A DNA stretch of 64,000 bases from contig NW_026781973.1 of NCBI RefSeq assembly GCF_031769215.1, positions 1 to 64,000 of the forward strand. The letters are read 5' to 3'. Below the pieces are notes generated by a model. The model did no database searches. It saw only the letters and a list, made by a program, of their open reading frames with translations, and had not been told where the DNA came from. This stretch comes from Ylistrum balloti. Taxonomy: Eukaryota. The position numbers and the translations under genes were made by a program. Below, in pieces: positions 48,105 to 61,436 of the stretch; position 1 is the first letter of the stretch, and the number at the start of each line of letters is the position of its first letter.

Positions 48105-51100
48105 ATGTGTGGCGTACTTAAGGATGAATTCACTTGGAAAAATTGCGGATTTTCTCATGGAAATAGGAAAGCATTTTACATGTGTCAAGTAAGTACAATG
48201 CTCGTGTATTTACAAACACGTACATGATAAAAAGGAATGTATTACCATTTCATAGTGTAAATAAGTACATCACATCTTGCAAGTACGATGTGTTTTATAG
48301 TAAGTATGAACAATGACAGTATACAATTAAAAATATATTATAGTAAGGTATGTAAATAACACTTTGAAGAAAAAAAGTACATAATTATATCTTCAGGCGT
48401 ACGACTTGTACTGATTAGCAATGGAACATATACAATGGGCATTACACGTATTATGTGACACGGTTCAACGATTCCAATACCCAACAGAAGTGTTAGTGTC
48501 ATATAACCAGTTCACAAACTGATTAACTTCACAGCAAATAGAAATGATAAAGATAATTAGCTACGATGATAAACTATTACATGAAGATAGGTAATATATA
48601 GAATGTGTTATATAAATCAAGAAACTTGCTTTCTTATAGAGTGACATTACCATACAACGTATGAACAATGTCTTTTTGTGGGTATGGAAACGGCGCTGCT
48701 AAGCATCAAATTGGTTGTTCCTCGTTACTGATTAACTGCCGATAATTAATAATAAATTTAATAAAATTCAAACAATTTTCGGTGTAAGACATCAATGAAA
48801 ATAGAAGTATTGAACCAGCGCCTTATGTGGTATTTCCACCCAAGGCTCTGTCATTTATGAGCCATAATTGTCATTGCTTAAATATGTTTGGAAGTAAACT
48901 ACCTACTCAGCAGAGGGATGTTAATTTGTAACTACATAAAGAGACATGATCGATTTACCAAGTGTTACTGCGAAGCAATAAACTCACACGTGTTATCTAC
49001 CATCTACATATGTTTCTATAACGAAGACAACGTGTGAAATTGCCATTCGTCATGTTTTTTTTTTACAATGGGTCTATCTTTTTCTAGGTGTAAACCCCAC
49101 TTTGTCTCCATGACATATTTTTTCTACTCATTTACACTCTCGTTTTCTCCGTCAACCCCCTACCAGGGAATGCCCCTCCCCTGACTAGAGACTCTACGTC
49201 CAGACGGTTGTGTGTAACCCGGGGAGACTAAACTACCATCATTATCTACGTGTGTTAATGGAGTTGATGTGTGAAATTAGGGGAGACATCACCGGTGTAA
49301 ACACCACAGACCTCCTAAGCATTCCTCGCCTTCCCGCAAGTCACTGTTACGGTTTTCACATCTGGACTTGCAAAAACATTAAACAACATGTGAACAAAAC
49401 CTTGGGCACCGAACATCATTGGTCGATGGAAGTTCATCATTTCGCCGTCGGAATTTTTATATAAGTTATTTTGATCATCCGAATCTTTACGGACTAAGAA
49501 CGGGAAGAGAAGACGACAGTAAAAGTGTTTATATAAATATGATATGACATTTCTTCCTGATTATTATCTTTGTTACAAGTCGGTTGGTTGTCTGTACCTA
49601 ATACACGAGAAAGGTCATGATGTACCATGTACTCTTTCTAAATATAATCTGGTGTAACGTCATTACATGTCACCATCGGGAACATCTGTAGCATCACCGA
49701 CTCTACTTCCATTCATATCCACACTATAAATAATTTCTAACATTGTCTGCCTGGCATGTCACTGTGAAAGAGGATCTTATGCTAGAGTAAGTTGATACAA
49801 ATAAAAGTTATAATATCATTTTAGATCAGATTGGTGTAAAAGTGTTTTTATTCTGTCGCCGAAATCGAAATAGACCAGATCAGTTGCTTCACAAAAAAGA
49901 CATTCCTCTTTTCGTGCTCAAATGGCATTAAGAATTCATGCTATTCATCTATCAGTCCCAGTTTTGCTGGTCGCCGCATTCTGCTCCTGTATCAAACAAC
50001 ACCATATCACCAATGTAGAGATAATCAAACCTTTCCGTAATACCAAACCGTACTACCCACAAGCAATATACTACCACGGACAGGATGACACAAGCATTAT
50101 ACTAACACGGACAGGATGATACAAGCATTATACTACCAAGGACAGGATGACACAAGCATTATACTACCAAGGACAGGATGATACAAGCAATATACTACCA
50201 CGGACAGGATGACACAAGCATTATACTAACACGGACAGGATGATACAAGCATTATACTACCAAGGACAGGATGACACAAGCATTATACTACCACGGACAG
50301 GATGATACAAGCAATATACTACCAAGGACAGGATGATACAAGCAATATACTACCACGGACAGGATGACACAAGCATTATACTAACACGGACAGGATGATA
50401 CAAGCATTATACTAACACGGACAGGATGACACAAGCATTATACTACCACGGACAGGATTATACAAGCAATATACTACCACGGACAGGATGATACAAGCAA
50501 TATACTGCCACGGACAGGATGATACAAGCAACATACTACCACGGACAGGATGATACAAGCATTATACTACCAAGGATAGGATGACACAAGCATTATACTA
50601 CCACGGACAGGATGATACAAGCATTATACTACCACGGACAGGATGAAACAAGCATTATACTACCACGGACAGGATGATACGGATTTCATTGTATTCCTGA
50701 CAGTATGAAGACCATTAACATACAGTCTTAACTCATTTTTGTTAATATGTACACGTTTTTTGATGTTGTGTTTTCTTCTGTTGGTAGGTCATGTCTTTAA
50801 CAAAATAACGAGGCTTCCATTTTGTTACGAGAAAAATGAGTCTTCCGTCTGTAGAGGAATTAAACTTCAGTGACGCGAGACATTATTGGTCATCTCACGG
50901 TCTAACGGAACGAGTACTGAACATTCATAAAACATGTGTGATTAGGCTTTTTATGTTATTGGTTAGAAGGACATGTTTATGATAAGAAGCTGTGCAGTAA
51001 ATATATGAAATGTTTTTTACCCTTCAGAAGTCCCTAATATTGTCTTACAACTGTCAGAGCAACTTACCCTGTTTCGAAATTAAAAGCAACATCATCACAG

Positions 51101-54100
51101 ACACAGTTTCCATTTTTGATACAATATATATATTTCATAAGCACATTCTACATTTGATGGACGTGCTGTGTGTAACTCAGACATTTATTATCCGCTGACG
51201 GAGTAGATTATGCCTAACTCTACCCTCTCGTGCTAGGTTGCTTCTTTTAATAAATGTACATAGGCATGTTATACAAATGGATTATGGCGATAACTTACAA
51301 GATATAACCCCTTTCGTTATCTACCATCACATTCACATCTCTACAGACAGACGCCTTATAAGATTTCGACGAATTCATTTTATAAGTCATGAATTACATG
51401 TCATGCTAATTGATTAATGCTAAGAAAGTAATAAAACGGATTCCAATAAGCTCTTACTTCCTGTGAAAACTTTGAAATAATTTAACCAATTCTAACTGCA
51501 CCAGATTTACAATCGTTTGTATGGTAACGAGCTAACATTGAAAAATGTAAAGACTACCAGAACCTCACTTCGCTGTACTTCAGATTAGAGCCCCTGCTGG
51601 TCCGCATTATATCAACAAAGGATACCATGTGATTATTAATGGAGATGCAGCTCTTTAAACCTGAAACCAAAAGCATTGTGTAATAACGAAACTTTACTTT
51701 ACATAAACAGCAGGAGAGTGGGAAGGCTGCTTACATCATTATCATGAAAGGTATTTAGAATTTCAAAGGGAACTGTGATGTTTGAAGACAATAATTTCGA
51801 TATAACCCAGCTAAACACACCGGTCTGAATTATGGCCTGTTAGGAACTTCCAGGTTGCAATACTTAAGCTCGAATAGTGAACGTCATTACGTTTTCTTTA
51901 TGGACATTAATTCTTAACATATCGAAACACGGAATATTCCAATTAAAAAAAATTCCCATCACTTGCATAACACACATACTTGTGTTATTGTATATGAAGG
52001 CATAGTGTGATTTAAAATTCTTAAAGAAGGACAAAAACTTCGAAGGTCGGAAAGTAAAAAGAGACATAATCGATGACCAAATGTTACCGAGAAGTGAGTA
52101 ACTCCAATTATTATTTACATATATATTTATGTACAATCTTCATGTCAGGTCTGTAGTGTAGATAACCAGTGAAATTGCCATTTGTCATACTTTTCTATGA
52201 CGAGTCTGTTATATACTAGATGTAAAACTCTCTTTCTTTCCATAACATGTTCGTCCTGTCCATTTACACTTTCGCTCTCTATACATCTTCTCCAAGAATT
52301 GCGTCTCCCTCCAACTACATACCCTAATTGAAACAACACATAGTGGTACATATATGGAAATATTTGTATACTATAAACTTACTTATAATCTCTCTGTAAA
52401 TGTATATTTTCATTAAGGAACGACGGACTTACTGATACCTCGACAAAATAAGGTATCTTACATAAACGTCGATGTAATATAGAAATTAATCGAATATAAA
52501 ATTACCATATAATCCGAACTTCTGAAAAAATTGATTTAAGTGAGTTGATTCACTAGAAAGGCGTTACATTTCACGGTGACAAATTAGCGTTATTACACAC
52601 GTATCTTACAACATTGATGGCGTTGACGTATGGTGTGATACAACACTCCAGTTATGTGGTAAAATTTCTTTCAGTGATAGCTGAGTGTAGGTTGTGTTCA
52701 TTTTTTGAAACATACGAGCTGCCCACTGTTTGAACATACTCTGCACACCTGGGAAAACCCTAACGTAAGACGTAATAAAGACATTTTACCACACATATAT
52801 AAGTGGTACTCCTGCTGATCGTAAGAAGTCTGATCAGTTTACTAAAGTAAAAACCGATTACTTGAAGGTCAAAGAACAAGTGTGCTGTTCGTATGTTATA
52901 TAAAGGCCTGCATATCATGAAAAATAATTACTTACATACAATTTGACGGTATATGTCTCGTCCTCTCCACTTTTACTTACTCTAGTGGCTAATTGTCACC
53001 AAAAACACGAACATCAAAAAGGTTGAAGGACTCGTTTCATGGTGTCTACGTTCTTTATTTCAGTTTGAAAATTGTTGAGTTCTATTCCATCCTTCAAACC
53101 CACCTAAATTTCATGCTTTCACCAAATATGGACTATAGTAATTTCTAACAAAATATTAGTTGTTAATTTTTTTTGAGTGCTGGAAGTCATCGGGAATATA
53201 TCTTTATATCAAAATACAGAAATAATAACACATTTCATGTACAGTGAAATCAGAATGAAAATATTTTGGTAGGACTTAATTTTCATGGTTTTTCAAATGA
53301 AATTTTTTCGTTGGCCCTTGAAAGTAATTTTTTACTCTTTATCATTTCATGAACTGACCGTATTCACAAAATTGATGAAAATAAAACCCTCACGAAAATC
53401 AATGACTTCACAGTATGGTGAAAGTTTAAAATGAATATCTAAGATCAAAAGATGGCTGTTGGGAATGTGTAATAAGATGTTCTTTGTGTTTCAGTGGCAG
53501 TGGCCTCCCTGGCTGTATCTACTGTTCAGGCTTGTAATCCTTGGTTACTTGGTAGGGGCGTTTATACCAGTCATCGTACCCACAGACGCCAACGCCAAAC
53601 ACAACCTACTTGTCTACCTCACTATCTGGACCTATATCGTCCTAATCGCACATAACGTCGTCGCTACCGTCGTTGCATTATTTTATCATTGTATGCAAGA
53701 GAGGGATGAGGATGATTTGTCAGCCAGTGTTACATCTCATCGGTATTCTCTAAGTGGCGATAGAAATTCCTCATACAATTCATTCAAAGAGAATACTTTC
53801 CAGCGTGACGCTGCGACTACGTCATATACCGTAACCAAGGCATCAGACGATTCAGAAACAAAAAATCATACCGTCAATGGCACGGATAAATCAAGCAGAA
53901 ATATGCCACTCAAAGACCAATCAAATGGGCGTATAACCTCTGATCCTGAGACCCGGTCTGTGACAACTATAACTCCAATAGTGTATGAAGAAACAACAGA
54001 CAATCTGTCATGCTTGATGAAATTCTCTTGGTTATTGTCTGTAGTTGCGCAACACTTTTCGATCTTTGTGACTTTGTTATACTTTTCAGCTGTATTTCCT

Positions 54101-54451
54101 TTCCTGAAGGTTAAAGTGGGTCTTGTGAATGACATAAATCTACACGCAGTCAACAGCTTCATAGTTCTGCTAGACCTCGCGGTTAGCGCGCGACCAGTGC
54201 GTTTTCTGCATGTTCTGTATCCGGTCATATACGGCTGCGCATACACAGTTTTTTCTATTGTTTACTGGACGTTTGATAAGGAACGGAACGTCTTATACGC
54301 CATTTTGAATTGGAACAATCCAGGCCTAACATTAGGCGTCATAGCAGGCGCTATTTTCATCGTAGTTCCATTGATTCAGTTTACGCTGTACGGATTATAT
54401 CGACTTCGACTGAAATTATACCGTATTCGTTATAAGCATGTATACATGTGA
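48105..54451 (+). CDS. Protein rolling stone-like multi-pass membrane protein, 2 exons, ~346 aa
   Basis: Exon 1 is 48105-48188 (MCGVLKDEFTWKNCGFSHGNRKAFYMCQ|gtaagt). Exon 2 is 53495-54451 (ttcag|WQW...). Rost-type motifs: EF...H...F...Q|WQW, YLTIWTY, KFSWLL, LHAVNS...LDL.VSARPVRFLH..YP..YG..Y..FS..Y, LYAILNW.NP. Confidence 0.85.
50059..50680. repeat. 31-bp minisatellite, ~20 copies, in the rolling-stone-like intron
   Basis: Unit TATACTACCACGGACAGGATGA(C/T)ACAAGCA(T/A). Confidence 0.97.
53240..53415. mobile_element. Degenerate MITE (TACTGTG-type TIR)
   Basis: TACAGTGAAATC and GACTTCACAGTA give a 10/12 inverted match; subterminal CACGAAAAT. Confidence 0.4.
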
Positions 54452-57400
54452 TACAGATAATCTTCAGCAGCTTGTATGCAAATTAAACGTGAAAATAAAT
54501 AATTTTCACATGCCATTACAAGTGTATCTTTAAAAGGGGAGGGGGTGAAGGAGGCGGGGGACGTGGTTTGGGGGCAGTGATTTCTTATATACTTCTGTGA
54601 GAAAAAGATAGCAGTTTTTATCTAATTACGAAATGTTGAACATACTTTCAATTATAGATGTATCTAAGATCAATACCACTGTAAAGTCATATAACACTAA
54701 AGGGATACTTCATTTTCATGTTTTGGTTAGCTTTTCCATGTTACAACACATTTCGATATTTACATGACTTAGAAAATCATTTCTTGCTGTATATATCCAA
54801 ACATTATCATAATTGCTCATTAAAAATGTGTATATACGATGAATGATGTTCTGTCGTATTAAAATGAATTCAGATTCGAACCAAACAATGGTTTCCATCT
54901 TTGTTGTTGGTATCTGTTTTAATTGGGTATGAATGAATCATAAGACATGAAATATTGTACAGAAAGTGACATAATATAAAGATAAATATACAAACTACTA
55001 GTACTTAGAGATTAAGTGGCTATTTATACATTTACTCTAATACCAAACGTGATTAAAATTATCTTAAAAGCACCATTGAACTGGTATTTTTGTATATGAC
55101 TGTTGTAAACTGGAGATTACTTAGCCTGCTGATAGAAATAAATGTCAAAACATCATGATTTCCACGTATCAGTACGAAAATGAGGTGATCTATACCTTTA
55201 CATTTTGTAGACCACCAAGGTAGACTGTATTGTTGGTTGATATTGCTAATCATTCAGTATACCACCATTGTCATCCAGCGTATATCTGTTTTCTCTGAAT
55301 TCAGGGCTCAAACGCGGGATTCTACCCAAATGTTGGGTCCATCACAACGCAGGTGTCTTTCATACATTACCGTTAGCTCTGTTTGTAGATCTGTAAGTCT
55401 CTTTTTTCCCTAATTATAATTGTCACTTCTAATTACTGTAAAATATGTCTGTGATACCATCAACTGTGTTTACATTGCATACATTTGAATTGTCTCCCTT
55501 CACGTTAACCTAAGGAATAGTTTACACCATAACACAGGACAAACGGAACCATTCCACAACTTCAGTTGATAGTTAAACGCACAATAATGATAATGATAAT
55601 CTACTGTGGTGTGCACTATGCACCTCGATTGCTTTAATCGGTTTGCTTATTCCGAAGCTTACTTTGTTTTTCCCACACAGTAAAATATAATCATCAGTTT
55701 GATATTATTTGAAATAATTCAAAATGAAACTAAAATTACCAAGCGAACTAGGATATTATTTAATATAATGCATTCCAATATATTATCTTGGACTTATTTT
55801 TATCCACACTTGAACTTATAAACTGAAAATGAGCTTTATATAACGTTTTGAAGAAATATAACTGACGGACTATATATTTTGACGGCGTAGTTATCGACGT
55901 GATTCGGTCAATAGCGTCAACAATTTCAATGTTTTCTCTTAATTAAGTACAAATAATGAAGACTTCGGTAGATTCTAACTATTTTTGCAGGAATAATCAC
56001 CACAAATCACAAATTAAATTTCGTTAATTCCAAAAAAATAAAACACAGTGACCCCTACTTTTTAAACCATGTAAATATCATCGAAATTTCTCTATCCAAG
56101 CATAAGGTCTTTATAAAAAGTTTAGTGAACTAAAAGATTTAAGCCATTTTTCAAAATTTTCATTGTTTGGTTGCTATGCTGATTTAAACTTATTAAATCA
56201 AATGAAAATTTAGCATTTTTACATTATGATTTGTTTTTTCTCAAAATCCAAGTATCATAAAATACCTCTTGAAGAAGGACGATTTTTATAGGGGTTGCTG
56301 CCAAAATAAAGAATGTCTGCCGTTCAGGAAAAAACCCAAATATGGTATGAAAATGAATTGTTTCCTGTTGCACATATTCTGTATAGGAATAACAGTGTAG
56401 CAGTATATCATTTTTTTTTCTTTTGAATAAGTTAAATCTAACCTTTCAAACAATCAGCACCAAAGTTTAAACATTGGATATTTAGAAAGATAAGAAAATC
56501 TTTAAGGCTTTATAGAAAAACAAAATCAGCCAAAACAATGAACTTTTCTTAAAACAGTCGAAGCTATGGGAAATGGAGACAAAGGAGATATTTACAAGTA
56601 AAGTACCTGGATGTCAAGACTAGCTCGGAACGTTGCATTTGTAAAATTATGTTTCATGGACGAGATCCAAACTGTAAATCTAAATCCTCACAAGTAATAT
56701 CGTCTTAGAATGTCGAGTGTTTTGTAACAAAATGTCGGGGATGATTACTCTCATGAAATTTGCGGTAGCATGACGCTCTTAAGATAGTAACCGGGTTGGT
56801 AACAAAGAATAAAGAGAAAATAACCTTATGATTTCTCGTTGTTTATTTTTACATATATACTGTGTTTATTACACTGTTTACAGGTAATTACCGAGCCTTT
56901 TGTACAATCTGTTTATGTATTGTTATCTTCATTGTTAAAAAGCATCGTTATTTTAAATCATGCAGTTATGGCTTCAGAGTGCTTTCATAAATATAACACA
57001 ATATTCTTCTATTTGTATTAATATTGGGATTAAAGCAACCACAGATGGTTCTACTTTAGAAAATGTGTAAATACCATAACTGTCACTGCGCCTCCTATTT
57101 AAATACAGACGTTTCTACGTTTCACTAAAATAACATATTAATCTTTTCCATATGTATTACATAAGTGCATATAAATGAAACGCAATGTTTATCTGCTTTT
57201 GCCTCTCACCCATCCCTCCTATTACGGTCGCAGTCTAATGCACATGAATAATCCTTCGGGATTATAAGTTAGGTTGCTTAGAGTTGGATTTTGATTATCC
57301 TCATTACTTATGTTGTTCTGTTGATCAATACTTTACGTGTTAAGGGTAACCTAGACTGTTCTCGAGTTCGTGGATGTTAAAGTGCTATGTAAACAAGGAA

Positions 57401-58019
57401 TTAGGTTATAAAAGCTACGTTAGACTATAATTGTTGTGGAAAAATGTCATAATGTATATACATTACAAGCAATAATGTTTATTTAATTTATAAGTTACGC
57501 TAATTGTAAATATATCTTATCAATTGTTCCTGTATGGTCATTTCAGTTTCCGATAAAATTATGTAAATGCTAATTGGTTAAGCATTCCTAATTTAAGTAT
57601 TTAGTATAATCAAGATAGTCCCACAGTAGTTCCAGATCAATAGTAAGAAACGTCTATAATCTTCTTTGTACACTTTTCATCATTATAATTACATTTTGAG
57701 ATGTATTAAAACATGCATTTCATGAAATTAAGAATTTTTATTGCTTATTGCGTGTCCTCAGTTATATATTCTGCTTTAAAAATAATCCTAGTTACATTAT
57801 AGTATCATGAAGTTGGCTAATCGTGAAAAGTATAAAAGGCAAATATAAAGAGAAATCACCAGTAATAAAAATAAGATTAAAAAAATAGTCATAAAAGAAA
57901 ATAAAATGATCGCGCCAGAAATACACGTCGTAAACTGTGCATCTAGACCTACTTCAGTATGGTGATATGGTGCATACTAAAGAGGCTCTTATCACAGTTA
58001 CTCTGTCCCACTTTAAACT

Positions 58020-58380
58020 CACCTGATATCATGTGTCTACCTGTGAGACCACACCTGTCCTGATAACCTCCACACCTCTCCCTATTTGCAGAAACATCTC
58101 ACACACGTGGAACAGTATCGTGGCGTAAATTTAACTCATTCAGAAACACACCACGTGGGCTATGAATACATATATCTCACCTGTTAATTGACTACCTGTT
58201 TGGCAAAAGATATCGCCGTCAGTTGTAACTCCATTTTATCGTACCAGTTTTATTGTAAGCGAACTCATATGATGAATGAGTTGCATCCCCTTTTTAAGGC
58301 GCCGTATCTTGCCATTGACTACCCGTGACTAGATCCCTTGGGTTGAGTCTCCGGCGCAGCACGCCGACAGTTACATATGA
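58020..58380. promoter_or_regulatory. E-box cluster upstream of the second rolling-stone-like gene
   Basis: CACCTG at 58020, 58052 and 58178; CACGTG at 58104 and 58152; CATGTG at 58030; CAGTTG at 58220; CATATG at 58266 and 58374. Confidence 0.45.
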
Positions 58381-58411
58381 TCTAGTTAGTAATTAATACT
58401 ACAAACCAACC

Positions 58412-58495
58412 ATGTGTGATATCTTGAAGCGTGAATTCTCTTGGAATAATTTCCGACTTTTTCATCAAAACAAGACCGATTTTTACACATTTCAG
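58412..58495 (+). CDS. Exon 1 of a second rolling-stone-like paralog (rest of gene lies beyond the window)
   Basis: MCDILKREFSWNNFRLFHQNKTDFYTFQ|gtaagt has the same 84-nt length, phase and conserved residues as exon 1 at 48105. I found no matching exon 2 before position 64000. Confidence 0.75.
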
Positions 58496-61436
58496 GTAAG
58501 TATATATTTCGTTAGTGATATATAACTGAACTTTTCATTGTGAAAGTTAAATGTTCTCTATAGTACCTATTTTTTTTTTTTGCTGCTTTACGACGCTGAC
58601 TTGTAGTGTTTGAAAACAAATATATTGTGTTATATCTTTCGAATGGGTTGGTAACAATTTTGAATTGATGATATTTCAATGTAGCCCTAACAGTAGGAGT
58701 CAGATGCTATCAGTTAAGTGAATAACCTGTTCCTTGGAAATAAGGTTTCAACTCCAATAACTAGAGTATAGTGATATATAGGTTTTTTACGATTGGAACC
58801 ATATACATTAATAGTCAAATCACGAAGGTTATTTACGTTCAATTTTCTTTTAATAGCGTGTCGCGTCACACTTTCCGAGTGGAAATGTATGTACTAAAAT
58901 TCTCGTGATCGCTGGTAGCTTCAATCGTAGCATTTCATTGTAATAGGAAATATTGCATGTGTTTGTATGTTTCAGTATCAGTAAATGTTCTTTTGTACAC
59001 ATCACAGATAAATGTTTCCTTTAAACAACCCATGTCATTCTCATAGGACTGAAATCGAAAACTAAATCTCATTTAGGATCCAACTGGTATAGTTTTCCTC
59101 TTTTCTACAAAAGTTTTTTTGAGAAGTCAAGTTAATTGTCTTATATCTATTGACGATAACAGTATACTGTTCCGACAATTTAAAAACATTACACATTTTT
59201 TTCTTTCCGACTATGAAACATGTATTTTAACAGATGACGTATACTAGTAGTTATTTCCTTCGAATGCGACTGTTTTTGAAATATTTCCACTAAAGTGGGA
59301 AAATAGGGGCGTGCTTTCTTCTTTATCTAATCATTTAATTCAATTTAATTATGATACTATAATCCTTGAGCGGTTTCAGTTCAACTTCGCTTAGTTTGAT
59401 AATCCTAATGTATCAATACTTAGATATGATAGGATTTAAAAGGACTGTTATGGAGATTCACTAGCTTCGTAAACTGACAAATATGAACTATAACTTTGGA
59501 ATAATTCCCAAACAAAATGTCGAACTCTATTTGTATTAAAAGGAAGTATTCACGTCTGGTATTTCGTTTAATTTTTAATATATGATAGATGTTTATAAGC
59601 GCCTAGCGTTTGAAAATGACACATAATTGAATAGCACCTTTTAACACAAATTAAAATTAGACACAGCAGTACATAATAATTATTTAAATCTTATCATACA
59701 GCTGTTCAGTCAGTGAGGATAGGGACCTATTTTTTATCCTACGAGGCGAACAAGGATAAAAACAAAGTGAGCGAATAATAAAAGTCAAAATCTAGATAAT
59801 TAAGGATAAATCTTATGATACATATTTTTCTTAAAGTAAGAAACCAAACACTTATAGTCTTAAACTAAAGTATGTAAATTAAATGTTTCATTACGAATGT
59901 ACCGTTATAACGAACAAATTTTACATTTAAAAGAACTTTGTTCACAACAGATTTCGATTTGCAGCAGCCCAGGGTAAATTTTGATGGTTTTATTTGTTTT
60001 GTTGGATGTTTCGGACGTCAGAAATCCTTAATAAACCTAGATATGTATACAACTGAATCAGCTAACAAAACTCAATTTCTGAAATGATTTATCATAAATG
60101 CGGTAACGAAAAGTGTTATCCAATATTTATATATTAGTTTCTATAATCCTGATTTTAGCTATGTTCATTTCATGTGATTAAATGATTTGGTAATGTTTTC
60201 TTTCCGTCAATGAAATATGTTTTTAACAACTATGATTTTTTATTCGTTGTGGTAGATATACATTATTGACATTTCACAAATCTTTATTTCAACCTGGAAT
60301 AAATTCTACATATTTAATTGGGTAATTGCCGTCACGTGCTGACCACCTTTATTTCTATAGACGGTAGTAGGGTGACGTTATAGACGAAGTCTTTAAAGTC
60401 GCCGACGACATTACTGAATACGTCGCTTCGCCTAAAGAAGATGTATTACCATCATCATTATTGCTATTCGTAATCAGTTCCTTCGAGTTTTTTTCAGGGA
60501 TAAGGAAAGTTTAAAATGTGTCAATTTTAAATAGCTTATCCACTTTGGGTTGGAAAAGTTCGTTTCACCACCTATAAATCATACCTATCCTCTACATTCT
60601 TAGACCGACAGTACCTATCCATATAACTAATAATACACAGCAGTTCACCGTTGATGGTAACAAAGCAGTGCATTCCTGGTTAGAGAAAAGACGAACAGAC
60701 CCAAAGCATGGCACCACTTTTGACTTGCTGTGAGTGACTTAGAAATTTGGAAATGCTAAAGAAAAACACGTCGGGGAGGGTCAGAAATATTAGGAGGATG
60801 AAATCCAATCTGACAACAGTCAAAGAATGAATATCTTACTGTGAAATTCTGGTACAGTTTCAGACGTTATATGAATACCATGTTCTTGTGTACAGTATTC
60901 TGTTACTGAAACAATTTACTTGTTTGTCACTTTGTAAAATCTAGTGTGTTGTATAATGAGTTGGTTGTCAAGTTCTATTATCGTTACCCTAATGGATTAT
61001 CCTAAGTCCATGTACTTTTCAAAGGGTCGTTTGATGATGTATGTAGACAAAAGAAACTTACAGGTGGACAACAAAGTCGATAATGATAATCACCTGTAGG
61101 GTGATTCTATAGAAAATGTCACACATTATAATATTTCGAATTACTTTTCAGTAAAAGTTGAAAACTTACAAAAGGTAGTGAAAATGTAAAGAAAAACAAA
61201 TAGATAAATACAAGAACAATTTTATAACAAAATGTTCGTTCCACTTTATTCATCGTTATCTAAACAATCTGTTATTCACCACAGAAGTGAGCGCCACTGC
61301 TCATTGTTTACAAGTTATGTCGTTTTGCTGAAGGGAAATATTCATACATTGATACAGAAAACTATAAAACCTCATAAGAATGGCCATTTTTATTATAGAG
61401 TGTATATAGAGTGTCTTAGCTTGTAAATTATACAAT

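Noticed and set aside
49922-50119. 65-aa ORF with a signal-peptide-like start
   Set aside because: Intronic, runs into the 31-bp minisatellite, and has no supporting structure.
55960-56700. Probable interspersed-repeat-like segment
   Set aside because: I could not define TIRs, a TSD or a coding relic, so no supportable call.
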